64,000 bases of DNA from an uncultured Lachnospiraceae bacterium (GCA_934294885.1 CAKRAK010000005.1:9535-73534); one strand, 5' to 3'. Shown: positions 47,156 through 56,884, numbered from the stretch's first letter. Made by a program: numbers and translations. Notes: generated by a model from the letters alone, not told the origin.

Positions 47156-49465
47156 ATGAAAAAACGAATGAATATTGCATTATGTGTTGGCATGATTGAA
47201 AACGCATTTTCTTACTCCATTATAGATGGGGCTATGTTAGGAGCAAAAGATATTGATGCGAATTTGTATATCCTGCCGGTAGGTATTGTGAATGCACAGT
47301 ACGATAATAGCGGTGCGAATTATTATCGATATCAATATAACACGTTGTGCTCGTTGATTTCTGAAAAGTCAATAGATGTCGTGGTTCTTGAATACGGAAC
47401 GATAACTTCTTTTTTGAATCAGGAACAAAAGGCAGAGTTTTTAAGTCAGATTGGAGATATTCCGATTGTTTTGATTGCCGGAGAATATCCGGGATATTCC
47501 AGTGTCTGTGTTGATAATCAAACGGGACTATGTGAGATTATCCGGTATTTACGTGAAGAAAAACAATGTACAAAGATTGGTTTTGTCAGTGGACCGAAAA
47601 CCAGTCAGGATGCCCGCGAAAGACTGGATGTATACAAGAGTATGGTAGAGAAGTATCAGCTTCCTTTAGGGGATGACTGGATCGTTTACGGCAATTTCTC
47701 TGAGTTTTCGGAGACTGCCGTAGAGGAATTGTTAGAAAACCATCCGGATGTGGAGGCTATTGTTTGTGCTAACGATCAGATGGCGTCCGGTTGTTATAAG
47801 ACACTGAAAAAGCATCATTTAGAACCGGGCAAAGATGTTTTTGTAACCGGCTTTGATGATAGTTCTGTTTGTATGCTGTTAGAACCGCATCTGACCAGCG
47901 TGAAAGCGGACACAAAGGAATTGGGTTATCTTGCAGTAAAGGAATGTGAGCGGGTTGTTGGAAAAAAATTGGTAACCAGCTCGATTTCTACAAAGATGGT
48001 TCTTAGAGAGTCAGTAGGATCAATTGATGATTCTATCGTTGTAGATGACGCGGTTGGGGATGAAGATACTCCTGATTTCGTACAGAATCTAGCCGATAGG
48101 ACGTTTAAAAAATATTTCTGTAATTATTTTGAAAGTAAAGAGACCACCAGAATGAAGACTCTGGTAAATCGTTATTTTTCATATTTCTTTCAGCTTGTGG
48201 ATGGGGATGGCCGCCTGCATTTGGATTCAAAGGAATTTTCGGAAGCGTATCAGGAATTTGGTCTTACTTATCAGCATGGATATATCGGTATGGTTGATTT
48301 TATTTCCATCATTTATATGTTGTATCATTGCATTAATCATAAGATCAAATCTGAAAAAGACAGTCTGCTGTTAGTTGAAGAAATTTCAGACATGAATCAG
48401 TTATTTATTTCCAATATTACCAAACAGCAATTGGCAGATGAGGAGAAAACCAAGATTTTCGAGGTTTCATTAACCAATATTACAAGAGATATGTTACAGA
48501 ACTCAGATTCTGATGAGAAGATATACGGAACTGTTTTAGAAAAGCTAAAAGATATGGGATTCCGTTCGGCATACATTTTCCTCTATGAGGAACCGGTATC
48601 TCACATGTGTGAGGATATATGGGAAGGAAAAGATGATATATGCGTCGGAGCTTTTTATAATAATGACCAGGTGGAGTTATATTCCAAGAATGAGAAGATG
48701 ATACCTATAAGCAGGTTGTTTGTTTCCGATATTTTACCGAATGACCGACAGGTGAGTATGCTGGTTATGCCGCTGTTTTCCGGAACGGAGCAGTATGGTC
48801 TGATTTTTACCGAGTCCGGTTTGGAGTATTTCCGGTATGCTTCTCAGATTGTCTGTCAGGTAGGTGTGTCGGTAGATGTACTTACGATTATAAAAAAACA
48901 GAACAGGATCAAGCAGGCATTAGAGAAAAATCTTGCTTTGATGGAAGAGAACAACAAAGTGTTGGATGCCATGAGTCATACGGATGCATTAACGGGTATT
49001 TATAACCGTAGAGGATATGAAGATAAGGTAAGGGCTCTTCTGGCAGATCCGGCAAATTACGGAAAAAGGGCACTTACTTTATACGGTGATATGGATTGCC
49101 TTAAAGTCGTGAATGATGAGTTTGGACATGATGAAGGCGATTTCTCTTTAAAAACCATTGCGGATACATTGCGGGATTCGTTTCAAAGTACAGCTGTGGT
49201 TGCCAGAATGGGAGGAGATGAATTTGCCGCATTTGCATTTGTTCCCTCAGAGCATTACTCTGAGAAAGTCAAAAAACGCATACGAAGTATTTTGATGGAA
49301 AAGAACATTAATGATAAACCATATTACGTGAATATGAGTCTTGGTACTCATGAGTTCGTGATTACTGAGAACAGCGATTTCGAGGAACTGTTGGGGAAAG
49401 CCGATGAGGAGCTGTACAAAGAAAAGAAGAACAAAATAAAAGTTGTATACAAAGAGAAAAAATAA
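47156..49465 (+). CDS. diguanylate cyclase with an N-terminal LacI-type (PBP type 1) sugar-binding-like domain lacking an HTH
   Basis: The N-terminal ~290 aa resemble the periplasmic-binding-protein fold of LacI/PurR regulators (IGFVSGP...RERLDVYK...ANDQMASG...GFDD). C-terminal GGDEF domain (TGIYNRRGY...RMGGDEFAAF). No signal peptide or TM helix. Confidence 0.75.
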   Translation: MKKRMNIALCVGMIENAFSYSIIDGAMLGAKDIDANLYILPVGIVNAQYDNSGANYYRYQYNTLCSLISEKSIDVVVLEYGTITSFLNQEQKAEFLSQIGDIPIVLIAGEYPGYSSVCVDNQTGLCEIIRYLREEKQCTKIGFVSGPKTSQDARERLDVYKSMVEKYQLPLGDDWIVYGNFSEFSETAVEELLENHPDVEAIVCANDQMASGCYKTLKKHHLEPGKDVFVTGFDDSSVCMLLEPHLTSVKADTKELGYLAVKECERVVGKKLVTSSISTKMVLRESVGSIDDSIVVDDAVGDEDTPDFVQNLADRTFKKYFCNYFESKETTRMKTLVNRYFSYFFQLVDGDGRLHLDSKEFSEAYQEFGLTYQHGYIGMVDFISIIYMLYHCINHKIKSEKDSLLLVEEISDMNQLFISNITKQQLADEEKTKIFEVSLTNITRDMLQNSDSDEKIYGTVLEKLKDMGFRSAYIFLYEEPVSHMCEDIWEGKDDICVGAFYNNDQVELYSKNEKMIPISRLFVSDILPNDRQVSMLVMPLFSGTEQYGLIFTESGLEYFRYASQIVCQVGVSVDVLTIIKKQNRIKQALEKNLALMEENNKVLDAMSHTDALTGIYNRRGYEDKVRALLADPANYGKRALTLYGDMDCLKVVNDEFGHDEGDFSLKTIADTLRDSFQSTAVVARMGGDEFAAFAFVPSEHYSEKVKKRIRSILMEKNINDKPYYVNMSLGTHEFVITENSDFEELLGKADEELYKEKKNKIKVVYKEKK

Positions 49466-49498
49466 CAAAAAGTTCAGGTTAATTCCTGAACTTTTTGT
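49466..49498 (+). terminator. intrinsic terminator
   Basis: Stem acaaaaagttcagg / cctgaactttttgt. Confidence 0.8.
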
Positions 49499-49506
49499 TA
49501 TTTCTA

Positions 49507-49534
49507 TTGACAATTGCAATAAAGTTTATATAAT
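49507..49534 (+). promoter_or_regulatory. sigma-A promoter of marR (TTGACA-16-TATAAT)
   Basis: Perfect -35 at 49507-49512 and perfect -10 at 49529-49534. Confidence 0.7.
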
Positions 49535-49559
49535 AAATACTTGCCTAAGGAAAGTATTT
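49535..49559 (+). promoter_or_regulatory. candidate MarR operator (perfect 8-bp inverted repeat AAATACTT-N9-AAGTATTT)
   Basis: Read directly, immediately downstream of the -10 box and upstream of marR. Confidence 0.5.
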
Positions 49560-49603
49560 TGATGAAAGGACAAAATAGTACCGAAAGGGGAAAGAGGTAA
49601 TTT

Positions 49604-50074
49604 ATGGGAGAACATCAGGAAATAATAGAGGAGTTCTATAATACCCTGCGACGGTTTCACAATAGTAAACCAAAGTTCAAGGGGGATGGCGATTTGGCAA
49701 ATGTTGAATTTTTTATGTTGATGGGATTGTCTGTATTAATAGATATGAAAAACGACGGTGAACAGAAAAAGGATGTTACCTTAGGGGATATCATGAGGAT
49801 GAGCGGTATGTCGGTTTCGGCAGCATCCAAAAAAATCAGTATATTGGAAAAAAAAGGATATATTCACCGGGAGACATCAAAAACAGACAGGCGGAGTATT
49901 TCTCTTAAGCTTACGGAAAAGGGTAAAGAAATATGTGAAGAGGAAAAAAAGAAAAAACGCGTATTTATAGAACGGCTGATTGCGGAAATGGGAGACGAGA
50001 ATATGAAACTGCTGTTAGAGTTATCCAATCGTGCATTTGATATCATGGAAAATATGGATTGTTCCGAGAAATGA
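49604..50074 (+). CDS. MarR-family transcriptional regulator
   Basis: Winged-helix pattern GDIMRMSGMSVSAASKKISILEKKGYIHRETSKTDRRSISLKLTEKG. Confidence 0.85.
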   Translation: MGEHQEIIEEFYNTLRRFHNSKPKFKGDGDLANVEFFMLMGLSVLIDMKNDGEQKKDVTLGDIMRMSGMSVSAASKKISILEKKGYIHRETSKTDRRSISLKLTEKGKEICEEEKKKKRVFIERLIAEMGDENMKLLLELSNRAFDIMENMDCSEK

Positions 50075-50098
50075 ATTTGACCACTGCGTTTAACAGGT

Positions 50099-50308
50099 AA
50101 TTGCAAAACCCATGCAACCTTCCTTTATTTGTGCAAAATTTAATATGATATATCGCAGGCACGCTTGCGCTTCATTCCGCACATAGCGGTACTAAACTTA
50201 GGATGCGCTTACGCTTTCCTTCGTTAAGTACCGATGTGCTACCAGAGCCTGCTTATATATCATATTAAATTTTGCACAATTAATGACAATCCAAAGGGTT
50301 TTGCAATT
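50099..50308 (+). repeat. long-hairpin dispersed repeat, copy C (core 50148-50260)
   Basis: Same core as copies A and B. Arms ttgtgcaaaatttaatatgatatat / atatatcatattaaattttgcacaa (perfect), and basal stem aattgcaaaaccc / gggttttgcaatt. Confidence 0.9.
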
Positions 50309-50341
50309 CCCTGACAGAGCTTAAATCGGAAAGGAGTAAAG

Positions 50342-52600
50342 ATGTTTAAGGTATTAAAGTATGCAAAGAAGTTATGGTATGTCGTAGTACTCATATTTCT
50401 GTTGCTGATTGTACAGGTATATGGAGAACTTACACTGCCGCAATTTACATCGGATATCGTGGATGTAGGAATTCAGAATCAGGGATTGGAGTATCCGATT
50501 CCGGAACGGATTTCCAAGGAAACCATGGATAATTTGAAACTGTTTATGGATGATGATGTATGGTCCTTTGTGGAAAGCTGTTATAAAGAAGGGGATGAAG
50601 AGTATCAGGTTGATATTGCCTCTATGGAAAAAGAACAGTATGAACAATTAAAGGATGACATGATTGTTCCTGAGTTAATGTTATATTTTATGACTTCTGA
50701 CAGTGAGGAGGCGAAGGCTTTCCAACAACAGATTAAAGCGGGCATGGCTTCCGGTATGATGACCAAAAATCAGGAGGAACAGGGAAATGAAATGCCTGCC
50801 GGAGAAGTGACTGGACAGAACATGGCAGAGCTGCCGCTTTTGGATATGATGAAACTGATTCCGAAGGAACAGCTTCAAGGTATGTTAGAGGAAGGTAAGA
50901 AGCAATTAGAACAATATCCGGAATATATGTCAGAATCCATGGGTGTTCGGTTTGTCAGTATGGAATACGAAAAGCTCGGTATTGATATGGATGATTACCA
51001 GATGGATTATCTGAAATCAATGGGAATTAAGATGTTGCAGCTTGCGGTGCTGATTATGCTTGTTAGTATGATGGTAGGATTCTTATCCTCAAGACTTGCC
51101 GCCAGTGTCGGCAGGGATGTAAGAAGTCAGGTGTTTAATAAAGTAATGAGCTTTTCCAATGCGGAAATGAATCAGTTTTCAACCTCGTCTCTGATTACGA
51201 GATGTACCAATGATGTACAGCAGATACAGATGCTGCTTACAATGCTATTCCGTATTGTTTTATTTGCACCACTTATGGGAATTGGCTCCATATTCAAGGT
51301 AATGGAAACGACAACTAAAATGGTATGGGTAATTGTTCTGGCAGTTGTTCTGATTATGATGCTGATCATGGTATTAATGCTTGTTGCGATGCCAAAATTC
51401 AAAATTATGCAAAAGCTTGTAGATGGTTTGAATCTGGTATCAAGAGAAATCCTTACAGGTCTTTCCGTTATTCGTGCATTCGGAAGAGAGAAGAACGAAG
51501 AAGAACGGTTTGATGATGCGAGCACCCGGTTGATGAAGACACAGCTGTTTACTTCAAGAACCATGGCGCTGATGATGCCAACTATGATGTTTATCATGAA
51601 TGGAGTAAGTGTTTTGATCATATGGTCCGGCGCACATAATATAGATAACGGAACCATTCAGGTAGGAGATATGATTGCCTTTATTACCTATGCAATGCAT
51701 ATTGTGATCAGCTTTCTGATGATATCTATGGTTTCCATTATGATGCCAAGAGCTGCGGTTGCTGCAGATCGTATTGAAGAAGTGTTACAGTGCAAAAATG
51801 AAATTGTGGATAAAGAGGAGCCGGTTGCTTTACCGGAAACCTTGAAGGGTGATGTTGCTTTTGACCATGTATCCTTCCGCTATCCAAATGCAAAGGAAGA
51901 TGCCTTAAAGGATATTTCCTTTGAAGCAAGGGCAGGACAAACAACCGCAATTATCGGAAGTACCGGTTGCGGAAAGTCTACGTTGGTTCATTTGATTCCG
52001 AGATTGCTGGATGTAACAAAGGGACGGATTACCATAGACGGAATTGATATCAAAGATATGAAAATGAAGGAGCTTAGAGAACAGATTGGATTTGTTCCTC
52101 AAAAAGGAATTTTGTTCTCCGGTACAATCGCTTCGAATATCCGATATGGTAATGTAAATGCAAGTGATGATCTGGTAAAGGATGCAGCCCGGATTGCTCA
52201 GGCAACGGAATTTATAGAAGAAAAGTCCGATAAGTATGATGCTTCGATTGCCCAGGGAGGAAATAATGTATCCGGCGGACAAAAACAACGTCTTGCCATT
52301 GCCAGAGCCATTGCGAAAAATCCTAAGATTTATGTGTTTGATGACAGTTTTTCGGCATTGGATTATAAAACAGATGTCGCCCTTAGAAGGGAGCTAAAGA
52401 ATCAGGTAGGAGATTCTACCGTGATTATTGTTGCACAGCGTATTAGTACAATTTTACATGCAGACCGGATTCTTGTATTGGATGACGGAGAAATCGTAGG
52501 CTGTGGCACCCATGAGGAATTGATGCGGAACAATGAAGTATACCGGCAGATTGCTCAGTCGCAGTTGTCAGCTAAGGATTTAGAGGAAATGGGGTGTTAA
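50342..52600 (+). CDS. ABC exporter permease/ATPase half-transporter (degenerate-site partner) with a large insertion between TM1 and TM2
   Basis: Walker A GSTGCGKST and signature VSGGQKQR. Walker B is IYVFDDSFSALD, with Asp in place of the catalytic Glu. A hydrophilic insert of about 170-190 aa follows TM1. Confidence 0.85.
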   Translation: MFKVLKYAKKLWYVVVLIFLLLIVQVYGELTLPQFTSDIVDVGIQNQGLEYPIPERISKETMDNLKLFMDDDVWSFVESCYKEGDEEYQVDIASMEKEQYEQLKDDMIVPELMLYFMTSDSEEAKAFQQQIKAGMASGMMTKNQEEQGNEMPAGEVTGQNMAELPLLDMMKLIPKEQLQGMLEEGKKQLEQYPEYMSESMGVRFVSMEYEKLGIDMDDYQMDYLKSMGIKMLQLAVLIMLVSMMVGFLSSRLAASVGRDVRSQVFNKVMSFSNAEMNQFSTSSLITRCTNDVQQIQMLLTMLFRIVLFAPLMGIGSIFKVMETTTKMVWVIVLAVVLIMMLIMVLMLVAMPKFKIMQKLVDGLNLVSREILTGLSVIRAFGREKNEEERFDDASTRLMKTQLFTSRTMALMMPTMMFIMNGVSVLIIWSGAHNIDNGTIQVGDMIAFITYAMHIVISFLMISMVSIMMPRAAVAADRIEEVLQCKNEIVDKEEPVALPETLKGDVAFDHVSFRYPNAKEDALKDISFEARAGQTTAIIGSTGCGKSTLVHLIPRLLDVTKGRITIDGIDIKDMKMKELREQIGFVPQKGILFSGTIASNIRYGNVNASDDLVKDAARIAQATEFIEEKSDKYDASIAQGGNNVSGGQKQRLAIARAIAKNPKIYVFDDSFSALDYKTDVALRRELKNQVGDSTVIIVAQRISTILHADRILVLDDGEIVGCGTHEELMRNNEVYRQIAQSQLSAKDLEEMGC

Positions 52601-52601
52601 T

Positions 52602-54467
52602 ATGTCAGACGAACAGATGAGAGTAACACCGCCGAAAAGAAGAAGAGGACCTGGACACGGTCCGGGAGGCGGCATGGTGGCAACCGAAAAACCAAAGGAT
52701 TTCGGAAAAACCATGAAAAAGTTAATCAATTATATATCCAAATACCATGTGATTTTAATAGTGGTAGCGATTTTTACCATTGGTTCAACGGTGTTCAATA
52801 TTGTAGGTCCTAAGGTGCTTGGTAAAGCGACTACAGAGATTTTCAAGGGCTTAATGAGCAAATTACAAGGTGGAGCCGGAATTGATTTTGAGAGAATCGG
52901 ACAGATTGTGCTGATTATGGTTGGTATTTACGGCTTGTCCATGCTGATGGGTTATGTTCAAGGCTTTTTGATGAGCAGTGTGGTACAAAAGATTGCCTAC
53001 CAGCTTCGAAAAGAAATTTCTCAAAAGATTAACAAGCTGCCTATGAACTATTACGATAAGCACAGCTTTGGAGATGTCTTATCCAAGATAACAAACGATG
53101 TTGATACATTAACGACAGGTCTGAATCAGTCTGTGACCCAGTTGATTTCATCGGTTGCCACCTTGATTGGTGTGTTGGTTATGATGTTAAGTATTTCTCC
53201 TATGATGACTTTGGTTGCGTTGTTACTGCTTCCTCTTTCCGCTGTGGGAATTATGGTTATTGTCAAAAATTCACAGAAATATTTCATCCGCCAGCAGAAT
53301 CTGTTGGGAGATGTAAACGGACAGATTGAAGAAAACTTCGGAGGTCATAATGTTGTAAAGTTATTTACAAGAGAGGAAATTGTCCGGTCTGAATTTGAGA
53401 AAACCAATGATAAGCTGTATCATTCCGCATGGAAGTCCCAATTTATATCGGGACTGGCACAACCGATCATGGTATTTGTGGGAAACCTCGGCTATGTAGG
53501 TGTTGTTATTCTTGGAGGATATTTAAGCATTAAGGGAACCATTGAGGTGGGTGATATTCAGTCATTTATCCAATATGTCAGACAGTTTACCCAGCCAATC
53601 CAGCAGGTGGCGCAGGTTTCCAACATGTTACAGTCTACTATGGCAGCGGCAGAGCGTGTGTTTAATTTCTTAGAGGAGGAGGAAGAGATAGTTAAGGCAG
53701 AAAATCATACCGACCGGGATATCAAAAATATTGAGGGAAATGTCGAGTTTGATCATGTATGCTTTGGCTATTATCCGGATAAGATTATTTTAAAGGATTT
53801 CTCTGCTAAGGTTCGAAGCGGACAGAAGATTGCAATCGTAGGACCTACGGGAGCAGGTAAAACAACTCTGGTGAAGCTGCTGATGCGTTTTTATGATTTA
53901 AATGGCGGTAATATCTATATTGATGGTGTGAATGTGAAGGACTTTGATAAGGATGAGGTCAGAAACTGCTTTGGAATGGTATTACAGGATACATGGCTGT
54001 TTAAGGGAACCATTATGGAAAATATCAGATATGGCCGGTTAGACGCTACCGATGAAGAAGTAATTGCGGCAGCAAAGGCAGCCCATGCCCATCATTTTAT
54101 ACAGACCCTGCCGGGTGGTTATGAGATGGAGTTAAATGAAGAGGCAAGCAATGTATCTCAGGGACAAAAACAGCTCCTTACCATTGCAAGAGCAATTCTT
54201 GCGGATCGTAAACTGCTGATTTTAGACGAGGCCACTTCTTCTGTAGATACCCGTACGGAGGTTCGTATCCAGAAAGCTATGGATAACCTGATGAGGGGCA
54301 GAACCAGCTTCGTAATTGCCCATCGTCTTTCTACAATCCGTGATGCGGATATGATTCTGGTTATGAAGGATGGCGATATTATTGAACAGGGTAATCATGA
54401 AGAACTGATGAATCAGAATGGATTCTATGCGGATTTGTATAATTCCCAGTTTGAAGAGACAGCATAA
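52602..54467 (+). CDS. ABC exporter permease/ATPase half-transporter (consensus-site partner)
   Basis: Walker A GPTGAGKTT and Walker B LLILDEATSSVD. The signature is degenerate (VSQGQKQL). Starts 2 nt after the upstream gene. Confidence 0.85.
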   Translation: MSDEQMRVTPPKRRRGPGHGPGGGMVATEKPKDFGKTMKKLINYISKYHVILIVVAIFTIGSTVFNIVGPKVLGKATTEIFKGLMSKLQGGAGIDFERIGQIVLIMVGIYGLSMLMGYVQGFLMSSVVQKIAYQLRKEISQKINKLPMNYYDKHSFGDVLSKITNDVDTLTTGLNQSVTQLISSVATLIGVLVMMLSISPMMTLVALLLLPLSAVGIMVIVKNSQKYFIRQQNLLGDVNGQIEENFGGHNVVKLFTREEIVRSEFEKTNDKLYHSAWKSQFISGLAQPIMVFVGNLGYVGVVILGGYLSIKGTIEVGDIQSFIQYVRQFTQPIQQVAQVSNMLQSTMAAAERVFNFLEEEEEIVKAENHTDRDIKNIEGNVEFDHVCFGYYPDKIILKDFSAKVRSGQKIAIVGPTGAGKTTLVKLLMRFYDLNGGNIYIDGVNVKDFDKDEVRNCFGMVLQDTWLFKGTIMENIRYGRLDATDEEVIAAAKAAHAHHFIQTLPGGYEMELNEEASNVSQGQKQLLTIARAILADRKLLILDEATSSVDTRTEVRIQKAMDNLMRGRTSFVIAHRLSTIRDADMILVMKDGDIIEQGNHEELMNQNGFYADLYNSQFEETA

Positions 54468-54521
54468 ATAAAAAGTTATAAAACTTACGGATGTCAAAGC
54501 CAAAACAGTATGGTATAATAA

Positions 54522-54555
54522 AAGTCACGATGCAGATAAGTGTCGTGGCTTTTTG
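54522..54555 (+). terminator. intrinsic terminator after the ABC exporter pair
   Basis: Stem agtcacga / tcgtggct (one G-U pair) followed by TTTTTG. Confidence 0.55.
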
Positions 54556-54599
54556 TTTAATATGCCGGCAGGCAGATGATAATTCAAAGGAGAAGGTAT

Positions 54600-56789
54600 T
54601 TGAAAAAAGGAAAAAATAAAGGTGTATTCATCATTGAAATGAAGCCTCCGTATAAGATATTGGAATGTGATACCGATTTCCTTAAAATGATGGAGTATTC
54701 TGTTGATGATATCAAAAAGAAAATTCATATACTGAAGCATATGGTACAGCCGGAGGATTACGGAGATTATGTAGCCTCTATGGAATATCAGTTGAAGAAG
54801 TCCAATTATACCAGCGACCGGATACACATTCTTTCAGGCTCCGACCGTTATTTGTATATGCTGGTAAAGGGACAGGCATTTTTATTAAAGGATGGCAGGG
54901 AGGTTTTAAAGTGTACCTGTCTGAATGTGTCTACCTTAGAGACAGCAACCTTGGTAACAGAACAGGCATTTTCGGATCTTGAAATGTTTTCCCAGTCGGT
55001 TCGCTGCGGACTCAGTAAGCATATATGTGATAATTCCTTATCTCTTATCTGGGCGAACGATTATTTTTACAGACTGTTCGGATATACGAAGGAGGAGTAT
55101 CAGGAACAATACAAGGATCAGTTGATTCCGCTGATTTATCCTGAGGACCTAGCCCTTGTGGTAAACAGTATTACCAGCTTAGTGGAGGATCATGAGATTG
55201 ATATATCCTTCCGGGTGAAGCATAAAATAAAAGGCTTCCGCTGGGTAAATCTGGTAGCGGCAAGTGTGGAGGATGATCAGGATGATTTTCCGGTTGCCAA
55301 TTTTGTGTTAAACGATATTACCAACCTGAAATATGCAGAAATGCAGGCGCAGTTAGAAGCAAAGAAATACGAGATTGTTGCAGATATTTCAGAGGAAATT
55401 CCTTTTGAATATGAGATGTTGACGGATACTTTAACTTACGCCAAAAAATACGAGACGATATTTGGAAGAAAAAGCGTTTACAGGCATCCGGTACAGCAGT
55501 TTGCGGATCGTCATTACATATCAGATGATACAATGGAGCATTTCTCCGGAAGCTTTGAAGCGGCAAGAAGAGGAGAGACTATTTATAATACGGAGTATAA
55601 GCTGAAAAATATCAAGGGTGAATATGAATGGTATTATTCAACGTTTTCTCTGATTCAGGATGAATCGGGCAATCCCCTTCGGGCAGTGGGTGTCATTCGT
55701 AATATTCATCGCATGAAGAAGGAGCAGGAGTCACTCCTTGCCAGAGCACAGACCGACTCCATGACCGGTTTGCTGAATAAGGCAACAATAGAGGCATACA
55801 TCGGAGAGCAATTAAAGGATGTGCAGCCGGGAACCCAGGATGTTTTAATGGTGGTGGATATTGATGATTTCAAGGATGTAAATGATCTGTTTGGACATCT
55901 GACCGGTGATGAGGTAATTGTTGATATTGCAAAAGCTCTGATGCGTTTTACCTTCAGTGATGGGGTGGTAGGACGAATTGGCGGTGATGAATTCATCGTT
56001 TACATGAAGAATGTGTTAGATACTACCTTTGCCTGTGAGAAGGCTCAAAAGGTTGCACATTCCGTACTGGAAAAATATCCGGGAGGTAATGGCAAACCAA
56101 AGGTTACACTCAGTATTGGAATTGCTACAACGGATATTGCGATTCCATATGGTATGCTGATGGAAAAGGCAGATGCAGCAGTATATCAGGCGAAGCTTAA
56201 CGGTAAAAACGGATATGTCCTTTATGAGGAGTCGTTGGAACGGGGAACCTATCATAATGAGAGAAAAAAGAATAGCTGCAAATTTAATTCCGTAATCATT
56301 GGTAATGTGATCGATTTGCTTTGTGAGAATGTACATGTGGAAACGGGTATCAGGCAGGTGCTTCAATATGTGGGAGACTGTCTTGGACTTCACAAAATTA
56401 CAATCTGGACATATGAAGAAAACCATAGCTTTGTATCAAAGTCCATTGAGTGGCTTGCAGCAAACTATCCGGGAATGGAATGTAGTGAAGGTTCGCAGAA
56501 TTCCATTGCGTGGGAAGAGATTGACACTTTGACGATAACCGGAACCTTCCATTGTGCAAATAAGGATTCTGTTAAGTTAAGTAACTTTTCAAAGGGACCT
56601 TTTGCGGAGGCGGATGAATTTATTCAAAGTAAGTTTGAATATGATGGCAAGGTGATTGGCTATATTGGTTATTTTAATTATTCCGATGAAGAACGGTGGA
56701 CAATAGAGACAATAGAAACCATTCATATGATTACAAAAACTCTGACAGGATATATGCAGAGAAAATATCTCGAAGATAAAAGCTCATAA
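54600..56789 (+). CDS. PAS-domain diguanylate cyclase with an extra C-terminal GAF-like domain
   Basis: GGDEF domain (TGLLNKATIE...RIGGDEFIVY) is preceded by PAS-like repeats and followed by about 170 aa. TTG at 54600 lies 3 nt after RBS AAGGAGAAGG; the ORF is open from 54576. Confidence 0.8.
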   Translation: MKKGKNKGVFIIEMKPPYKILECDTDFLKMMEYSVDDIKKKIHILKHMVQPEDYGDYVASMEYQLKKSNYTSDRIHILSGSDRYLYMLVKGQAFLLKDGREVLKCTCLNVSTLETATLVTEQAFSDLEMFSQSVRCGLSKHICDNSLSLIWANDYFYRLFGYTKEEYQEQYKDQLIPLIYPEDLALVVNSITSLVEDHEIDISFRVKHKIKGFRWVNLVAASVEDDQDDFPVANFVLNDITNLKYAEMQAQLEAKKYEIVADISEEIPFEYEMLTDTLTYAKKYETIFGRKSVYRHPVQQFADRHYISDDTMEHFSGSFEAARRGETIYNTEYKLKNIKGEYEWYYSTFSLIQDESGNPLRAVGVIRNIHRMKKEQESLLARAQTDSMTGLLNKATIEAYIGEQLKDVQPGTQDVLMVVDIDDFKDVNDLFGHLTGDEVIVDIAKALMRFTFSDGVVGRIGGDEFIVYMKNVLDTTFACEKAQKVAHSVLEKYPGGNGKPKVTLSIGIATTDIAIPYGMLMEKADAAVYQAKLNGKNGYVLYEESLERGTYHNERKKNSCKFNSVIIGNVIDLLCENVHVETGIRQVLQYVGDCLGLHKITIWTYEENHSFVSKSIEWLAANYPGMECSEGSQNSIAWEEIDTLTITGTFHCANKDSVKLSNFSKGPFAEADEFIQSKFEYDGKVIGYIGYFNYSDEERWTIETIETIHMITKTLTGYMQRKYLEDKSS

Positions 56790-56799
56790 AAGTTATTTC

Positions 56800-56838
56800 A
56801 GAATGTGTAAGAAATCTCTTGCACATTCTATTTTTTTT
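56800..56838 (+). terminator. intrinsic terminator
   Basis: Stem agaatgtg / cacattct followed by a T8 run. Confidence 0.75.
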
Positions 56839-56884
56839 CGATAACATAAGAGAATCAGATTGTACAATCTAAGGAGGAGATTTT

